Below, piece by piece: positions 56,271 through 64,000 of a stretch of 64,000 nt of DNA (the stretch's first letter is position 1; every line of letters starts with the position of its first letter). The notes below the pieces were generated by a model. The model did no database searches. It saw only the letters and a program-made list of their open reading frames with translations, and was not told the origin of the DNA. The stretch is from Macrostomum hystrix (lineage: Eukaryota; Animalia; Platyhelminthes), in assembly GCA_950097015.1 (NCBI GenBank), contig CATNEN010000008.1:3906001-3970000 (forward strand). The letters run 5' to 3'. The position numbers and the translations under genes are program-made.

Positions 56271-57366
56271 TGCCCATTGTGCCCGAAATGTTTTAGACAA
56301 ACATAGAAAAAAATAGTGGGTAGCTAAGCAGTTTAAACCATGAGGACCGCTAGTAGTTGGCTCTACTTTAGTAGTCCTTGGTTTAAACAAATAAAAGTGT
56401 ATGCAATATTTCATTATAGCTGCACAAGTGTATTAATATTTGAATATTCGGATTCCTGCTTCACTCTCGATAAGTTTTTAAGCTGATGCGATTTACTCGC
56501 GGCCTGACAGGCTCTCGCAGGACTTTAAATAGTCAGCGCATTAAAACAATGCTTTAAAATAGTATTCCAGATAAAAAACAAAGACACTATCCAATACTTA
56601 CCAGTTTAGTTAAAGTTTCAATTTTTACTTATTTTCATGAAGGACTTTTTCATAGAACATGCCAAGAAAACAATTTTCAAACTTACACTTTCTAAACCTT
56701 TTCTTTTAGCGTGCAGGCAGGCAGCAGCGTCGTGGGGTTGTTTGTTTGTTGCCGATTCAACTTTTTGTGGATTTTTAGTGTAATAATTAGCGAGATCTTT
56801 CGTTTCGAAAAACCAAAATAGCCTACCTTGTTTCTTCTCATGCAACTTTAAATTGCCAATATAGTTAATTTTGGATTTACCTATTTGCCTTCCATTCTAT
56901 TACCAGTTATTAGTAACGGTTGTAGTGATTTTTTATTAAATAGTTCTGTTTTTTTGGTACTTTGTTAGCCTAACACGAAAGTAAAAAGTAGAATTGATAC
57001 AAATGTTTGAATTATATTTTGAATATAGTTTGAATAATTTAATTTTGAAGAACTTTGAATAAATTTTACTTTTCTTAGTTTTAAGAGCAAAATAGACAGA
57101 ACTAGGCAGACTAAAACTAAAAGTATATTTTCAGTCTATTGACAGTCAGTAGACAAAACTACTACTTTGAAAAAAAGATGAGAACTGTAAGAACATATTA
57201 TTCTAAGACATTTCTTTAATTACAAAAAGTGTATAATGATAAAGTTTAGCAAAAAGACTTACATAATTTTTGTTTAATTGCATATCGTTCTTAGAACTAT
57301 TACCATAATTTGAAATGTTATTTTAAGAAAATTATTTTAGTCGTCATGACTTTAGCTTTAGCTTTC

Positions 57367-57470
57367 ATGGATGATTGTGTTGCTTGCCATAGGGCCCACT
57401 GTTGTTACAGCTAGGCAGCATGCCCTTCGGTGTGACAAATGTGACCACTAGTAATATTTGGAAACAGAAA
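57367..57470 (+). pseudogene. Possible decayed PHD-finger coding relic
   Basis: MDDCVACHR, then after a frameshift VTARQHALRCDKCDH-TAG-TAA-TAT, readable as W-Q-H by single transitions. Confidence 0.3.
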
Positions 57471-58445
57471 TGTTTGGTTCCAGCTTTGTGTATTTATAGG
57501 CTAGGCCTATTTATTAGCTCTATAGCTTTCAGAAAAATCCTTGCATTCTAACAAATTATAAATTATAAAACATTTGCATTATATTTTAATGTGAAGCTAG
57601 ATGATATAATTAGTTATTCCAACTAATACCTATGTTAACAGATGAATGGACTATATCATATATAGGCAAATCAAAGTATTAGTATATTTGCTTGTTCAAA
57701 TTGTTGAAATTGCAATGCTGAGGTATACAATGGTACATGAGTTTTCAAATCAACTAGATTTGCTTTCTATGCAGCATATTTTGTGTGAAATAGTTATTTT
57801 GGCAATGGAGGTGGTATGGGGCTGATGGCAAATAATATCTGATAATTACCTAATGAGAAATAGGTGAATAGCAGTGTAGTGGTTTACTCTTGCACAAAAG
57901 TCTTTCAGTTCAATTCCACAGTGAGGCCACATTTATTTGGTGTGCAGCCACAGAAAGAAGGATAAATAGGTATTATCATGCAATTCACTTGCTCGAGGGC
58001 CAACCTCTAAGGCATACTCATACACTGCCTGACAATAAGCAAGTCAGGGCTGGCTGCAGGTCTAGTGTCACCAAATGAGGCCCAACATTACAACAACAGA
58101 TTTAGCAGTAATGGGGCTTCTTGAACTTTAATCCTATAATGTGCTTTGGGTATTCCAATCAACTTCAAACTTCGACCTATGTCTATGTATTACTAGTGTC
58201 TATGACCCACTAGAAGACAGTGGATAATCAACCCAATGTATTTTGTAGCTTACCTGGTGCTTAAAAATATGACATGTAAAGTAATTAGTGCAAGTTTTAC
58301 TAGATGCAGTTTTACCCTAGCCTTTATTTTATTTATCTGAATATCTAATTTACCTGTCTTTTATCATTTCAGTACATTTTTGGTATCTTTTATGCTGGAT
58401 AATTTCAAATAATTCGTTTTAGTCTTGGTAGATAAAAAACCCAGC

Positions 58446-61400
58446 ATGGCTGATCAGCAGGCTGTCGATGATCCAGACAATCAGGGTGGAGGCGGCGATG
58501 GAAGCGACGATGAGAAACTGGAAACTGAAGAGGATCTCATGAATCTGGCCCCTCTAGTTATACCGCCTAAGCCTGTTGACTTGCCCATGACTGGAGAAGA
58601 ACAGGTTTGTAATGGCCTATGGTTATTTCTTTATTCAGTTTCTATCTGCTATCCTTCAACATCCATTCATTGTCCTTCAGCATCATTTCACTGTCCTTCA
58701 ACATCCCTTCATTGTCCTTCAGCATCATTTCACTGTCCTTCAGCATCATTTCACTGTCCTTCAACATCCATTCATTGTCCTTCAGCATCCATTCATTGTC
58801 CTTCAGCATCATTTCACTGTCCTTCAGCATCCTTTCACTGTCCTTCAACATCCCTTCATTGTCCTTCAGCATCCTTTCACTGTCCTTCAGCATCCCTTCA
58901 TTTTCCTTCAGCATCCCTTCATTGTCCTTCATTATCCATTCACTGTCCTCCAGCATCCCTTCATTGTCCTTGAGCATCCCTTCATTGTCCTTCAGCATCA
59001 TTTCACTGTCCTCCAGCATCCCTTCATTGTCCTTTAACATCCCTTAATTGTCCTTCAGCATCCTTTCACTGTCCTTCAACATCCCTTCATTTTCCTTCAG
59101 CATCCCTTCATTGTCCTTCATTATCCCTTCATTATCCCTTCACTGTCCTCCAGCATCCCTTCATTGTCCTTGAGCATCCCTTCATTGTCCTTCAGCATCC
59201 CTTCATTGTCCTTCAGCACCCCTTCTTTGCTCTTCATCACCCCTTCATGTAAAGTATTATCTGTTTATTCACAAAATCCCTGACAAACCCAACGCCGTCA
59301 GGGTCGCGCACGCCTGATGATCAGCCACATCGTAAATCGCAATTTCAAATCCTACGCCGGCGAGCGCACCCTGGGGCCATTCCACCAGAACTTCACCGCC
59401 ATTGTGGGCCCCAACGGCAGTGGCAAGTCTAACGTCATCGACTCCATGCTGTTCGTGTTCGGCTATCGAGCCTCCAAGATTCGCTCCAAGAAGCTATCCT
59501 CGCTGATTCATTCTAGCGAGAACTTCGCCGCCATCGACAGTTGCACTGTAGAGATTCATTTCCAACGGGTTGTGGACAGAGAAGACGGCGGCTTTGATGT
59601 GATTGAGGGCTCGCATTTCAGCGTTGCTAGGACCGCATTCAAGGATAATTCGTCCTATTACACTGTCAATGGCCGGCGCCTGGTCTACAAGGAAGTGGCC
59701 GAACTGCTCATGCGTGTGGGCATCGATCTCACCCACAATCGGTTCCTCATACTACAGGTGACACTTTAACCTACCTGTTTATCAATTCATCAATCTACCA
59801 CAACAGTCTGCTAATCTACCACAAACAACCTGCTAATCTACTTCAGTCTGCTAATCTACCATAAACAATCTGCTAATTTACCACAAACAGTCTGCTAATC
59901 TACCACAAACAGTCTGCTAATCTACCACAAACAGTCTGCTAATCTACCACAAACAGTATGCTAATCTACCACAAACAGTCTGTTAATCTACCACAAACAG
60001 TATGCTAATCTACCACAAACAGTATGCTAATCTACCACAAACAGTCTGTTAATCTACCACAAACAGTATGCTAATCTACCACAAACAGTATGCTAATCTA
60101 CCACAAACAGTCTGCTAATCTACCACAAACAGTCTGCTAATCTACCACAAACAGTCTGCTAATCTACCACAAACAATCTGCCAATCTACCACAAACAGTC
60201 TGCTAATCTACCACAAACAACCTGCTAATCTACTACAATCTGTTAATCTACTACAGTCTGCTAATCTATCAGAAACAGTCTGTTAATCTGCTAATCTACC
60301 ACAAACAGTCTGCTAATCTACTACAATCTGTTAATCTACTACAGTCTGCTAATCTATCACAAACAGTCTGTTAATCTGCTAATCTACCACAAACAATCTG
60401 CTAATCTACCACAAACAGTGCTAATCTACCACAAACAATCTGCTAATCTACCACAAACAATCTGCTAATCTACCACAAACAGTGCTAATCTACCACAAAC
60501 AATCTACTAATCTACCACAAACAATCTGCTAATCTACTACGAATCTACTCGTACAATCTGTTAATCTACTACAGTCTGCTAATCTACCACAAACAGTCTG
60601 CTAATCTGCTAATCTGCTACAGTCTTCTAATCTACCAGTCAAAATTTTTCAAAATTTTCAAAACTAATTTATCAAAATTTTCGCTTGCCATAATACAGTT
60701 AATGACTAATAAAAGCTTCCAATCGTCAGGGCGAAGTTGAGCAGATCTCCCTAATGAAGCCGATCGCGCCGAACGAGCACGAAGAAGGCCTCCTGGAATA
60801 CCTGGAAGACATCATTGGCAGCTCGCGATTCAAGAATCCTTTAAATCGCATTGTTCGCCGCATTGACGCTTTAAACGACTTGCGCGCGGAGAAAGTCAAC
60901 CAGGTGTGTTACCTAACTGCTTTTTTAAATTAACATTTTGCCTTAGCTCGTATTTGTGGTTCTTGCCACCAGAATCATTGAATATGACGCAGATTTTTGT
61001 GATTATGGAAGTTGTTTAATCCGATAGAACAGAAAATTTAAGCCAGTGTTCTGGATTTTTAACAAATGTGATGCTTCCGCTACTTATCCATTTCCGCTAC
61101 TTATCCACTTCCGCTACTTATTCACTTCCGTTACTTATTCACTTCCGTTACTTATTCACTTCCGCTACTTATTCACTTCCGCTACTTATCCACTTCCGCT
61201 ACTTATCCACTTCCGCTACTTATCCACTTCCGCTACTTATTCACTTCCGCTACTTATCCACTTCCGTTACTTATAATCGTTCGTTATTTTTTGCCTTACT
61301 TTTAGGATTTTTTATGCTTCCGTTACTATATATAGTTTCGTTAACTTTTTTTACTTCTGTTAGTTATCTACTACCTATCTACTAATTTTTCACTTATTAT

Positions 61401-64000
61401 TTAATATGCTTCCGTTAGTTGTTGTTCTTAAGCTGCATGTCCCATTAAATAATGTTAATGAAATCTCTCCCAGGTGAAAGCTGTGGAGAAGCAGAAGGCC
61501 GATCTTCAGGGCGTTCGAGACGAGGCGCTGCGCTATCTGCGCCTGTGCAACCAGATCGTGCGAAAGAAGAACGCCCTGTTCCAGCTGTACAGGCACGAAT
61601 GCGCGGCCACCATTGAGAATATGAAAGGCGAGCTGCAGCAGAGGCAGTCTGAGTTGGACAGCGCCCTGGCCAGGCTGCGGGAGGCCAAGCAGCAGTCGAA
61701 GCGGAAAGTTGAAGAGAACAAAGAAATAGTCAAGGCCTACCAGGAGCAGCAGACTATTTACACTGTCACCAAGGAGAAGTTCACCGCTTTGGAAGTTGAA
61801 GACGCCAGCTTGCGCGAAGAGTACAAGCGGATGAAGGCGCAGGGTAAGAAGATTGTCCGCATGGCCGAGGAGGAGACGGCCAAGATTGAGGAGCTGCGCC
61901 GGGCGCCAGAGGATGCCGAGAAGCGACTGGCCGAGCTGGCTGAGAAACTCACCGAACTGGAGAAGCAGCGAGTGGTGGAGGAGGCTAGCAGGTCTGTCTG
62001 TGTTAATAAATTATGCTAATGACCAAGACTGGGGATGTTTTCACCCAGACAAAGACTGGTCATTACATTATACCTAATATTTGGGATTTGTATTGACCAA
62101 TCTAAATGACCAAAGTTGACAAAGAAAATGGCCAAAAATGACCAAACTCAAATTGATTTTGACCTATTTAAATGACCAAAGCTAGAACTAGTATGACCAG
62201 TCCGAATGACCTTACTCGGATTGGTGTAGTGAACTAAATGACCAAGACTCGGAGTGGTTATGACCAAGACTCGGAGTGGTTATGACCAAGACTCGGAGTG
62301 GTTATGACCAAGACTCGGAGCGGTTATGACCAAGACTCGGAGCGGTTATCACCAAGACTCGGAGTGGTTATGACCAAGTTTATTTATAGTAAACATATTT
62401 AATAATATGAGAGGGATTATGACGGAATCGCACAAAAATCAATGAACAATTTTCCCATTCCAGGCAAACCGCTCTAAACGCAATCGAAGCCGAGACAAAG
62501 GATTTGCGCGCCGAGAAAGTTGTAGCCGAGCGCCGCCTGGCCGGCCTTCAAAAGGACGCCAACGCCAAGCGTTCGGTCCGAGACTTGGCCCGTACAGAGC
62601 TGGACATCCTGCTCAGCGGTCAGACTAGAGCTCTGCAACGCCTGGACGCAGCCAAGCAGGACGCTGACGGTGTTGAACGAGCCCTGGCCGACAAGATCGG
62701 CATGAGGGACCGTGCGGCCAAGGAGGCGCCTGAGATGCAGCGAAGTCTGGAGCGGGCCAAGCGCGACTCTGCCGCCTTGGAGCAACGCGAAGCCGGCCTA
62801 GCCGAGGAGGCGCGCGGACTGCGAGTTCGAGTCGACGAGGCCAGGCGTCAGCTGGAGCAGCGCAGCCAGAGTCGGGTGCTCCAGGCGCTGCTTGAGCAGA
62901 AGAAGAGAGGCAAATTCACCGGCGTGCGAGGCCGGCTGGGCGACCTTGGAGCCATCGATGAGCGGTGAGAAGATTGACTCGGTGGTGGCGACTGACAACA
63001 AAGGTGGTTTGTTGATTGACAGCTGGGGTTGATTGTTGATTGACAGCTGCGGTTGATTGTTGATTGACAGCTGCGGTTGATTGTTGATTGACAGCTGAGT
63101 TTGATTGTTGATTGGCAGCTATTCTTGGAATATTGACAGCTATTCTTGGAATATTGACAGCTAGTATTCTTGGAATATTGACAGCTAGTATTCTTGGAAT
63201 ATTGACAGCTAGTATTCTTGGAATATTGACAGCTAGTATTCTTGGAATATTGACAGCTAAGGTTTAATTCCCAACCAATATCCAACTGTAGATACGATGT
63301 GGCCATGAGCACAGCCTGCGGCCCTCTCGATGACATTGTGGTTGACAACATCGCCACTGGTGAGGCGTGCGTTCGATTCCTCAAGGAGCAGAGGATAGGC
63401 ACCGCCACGTTTATCGCGCTGGACAAGATGGAGCAGTGGTCCACCGAGTCGGCTAAGAAGTGCAACACTCCCATTCCGAGGCTGTTCGACCTGCTGCAGG
63501 TGCCGGATCCCAAGGTGCGGAACGCGTTTTATTACGCAATTCGCGACACCCTAGTTGCTAAGGACCTGGACGAGGCGACCAGGGTGGCCTACGGCACGCC
63601 CAGGTACCGGGTGGTGTCCGAGCAGGGCGGCCTGATTGAACTGTCCGGCACTATGAGCGGCGGTGGTAGGCCCACCAGGTGACATAATTGCTGCAATGCT
63701 GTCTCCCTGATTTAGCATGAAATCCCCGAATGCCATTCGTAACCCACTAATCTACTGTATTTCAGAGGCCGTATTGGCACTAGAGTCAATCTGGACGCCT
63801 CCACAGTCGGTTCCGCGATGGCAGGCGGCGGCGGCGGGGAAGAATCCGCCCAGGAGGCCGAGCGCCGACTAGCCGAGCTCACCTCGCAGCTCAACGCCCT
63901 GCGCGACGAGCGGGCCCGCCTTGGCGAGACCATTGGTGGCCTGGAGCGCGACCTGCGCCAGATGGCTCGCAATTCGGATGCCGTTGAGCGAGAAGTCGCT
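58446..64000 (+). CDS. SMC4: Structural maintenance of chromosomes protein 4 (condensin subunit), 5' part; continues beyond the window
   Basis: Exons (+): 58446-58604, 59302-59757, 60730-60903, 61474-61991, 62464-62964, 63292-63678, 63766->64000. RLMISHIVNRNFKSYAG, Walker A GPNGSGKSNVIDSMLFVFG, HNRFLILQGEVEQISLMKP, hinge GRLGDLGAIDERYDVAMSTACGPLDDIVV and GGLIELSGTMSGGG. Confidence 0.97.
58650..59225. repeat. 21-bp minisatellite, SMC4 intron 1
   Basis: Unit cagcatcccttcattgtcctt. Confidence 0.92.
59800..60635. repeat. 22-bp minisatellite, SMC4 intron 2
   Basis: Unit acaaacagtctgctaatctacc. Confidence 0.92.
61075..61272. repeat. 17-bp minisatellite, SMC4 intron 3
   Basis: Unit ccgctacttat(c/t)cactt. 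Confidence 0.9.
62255..62378. repeat. 22-bp minisatellite, SMC4 intron 4
   Basis: Unit ggttatgaccaagactcggagt. Confidence 0.85.
63010..63258. repeat. Two adjacent short minisatellites, SMC4 intron 5
   Basis: gttgattgttgattgacagctgcg followed by tattcttggaatattgacagctag. Confidence 0.85.

Overview
Eukaryotic (animal) genomic DNA with GT-AG spliced genes, minisatellite-filled introns and tRNA-derived SINEs. The style (GC-rich exons, poly-Q runs, abundant intronic minisatellites) suggests a free-living flatworm such as Macrostomum lignano, but this is inference only. Genes, left to right: a DEG/ENaC channel (-, truncated at the window start) whose finger region carries about 367 aa made of two kringle-like domains, with a WSC domain nested inside the first; a Zic zinc-finger gene (-) with an antisense tRNA-Ala(AGC) in intron 1; GCDH (-); TTC39 (-); three small two-exon secreted-protein genes (+) that the ORF track misses or mis-frames, each with a 60-nt signal-peptide exon and an acidic second exon; an LRRN-like LRR-Ig-FN3-TM receptor (+); a RIM-binding-protein-like gene with an uninterrupted CDS (-); and the 5' part of SMC4 (+). 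The third secreted gene is a 592-aa precursor of 22 RKKR-terminated polyanionic units. The best candidates for new biology are the polyanionic secreted-peptide cluster (32.5-40 kb) and the kringle/WSC-bearing DEG/ENaC channel. All exon models were derived by hand from splice signals and reading-frame continuity; no database searches were run.
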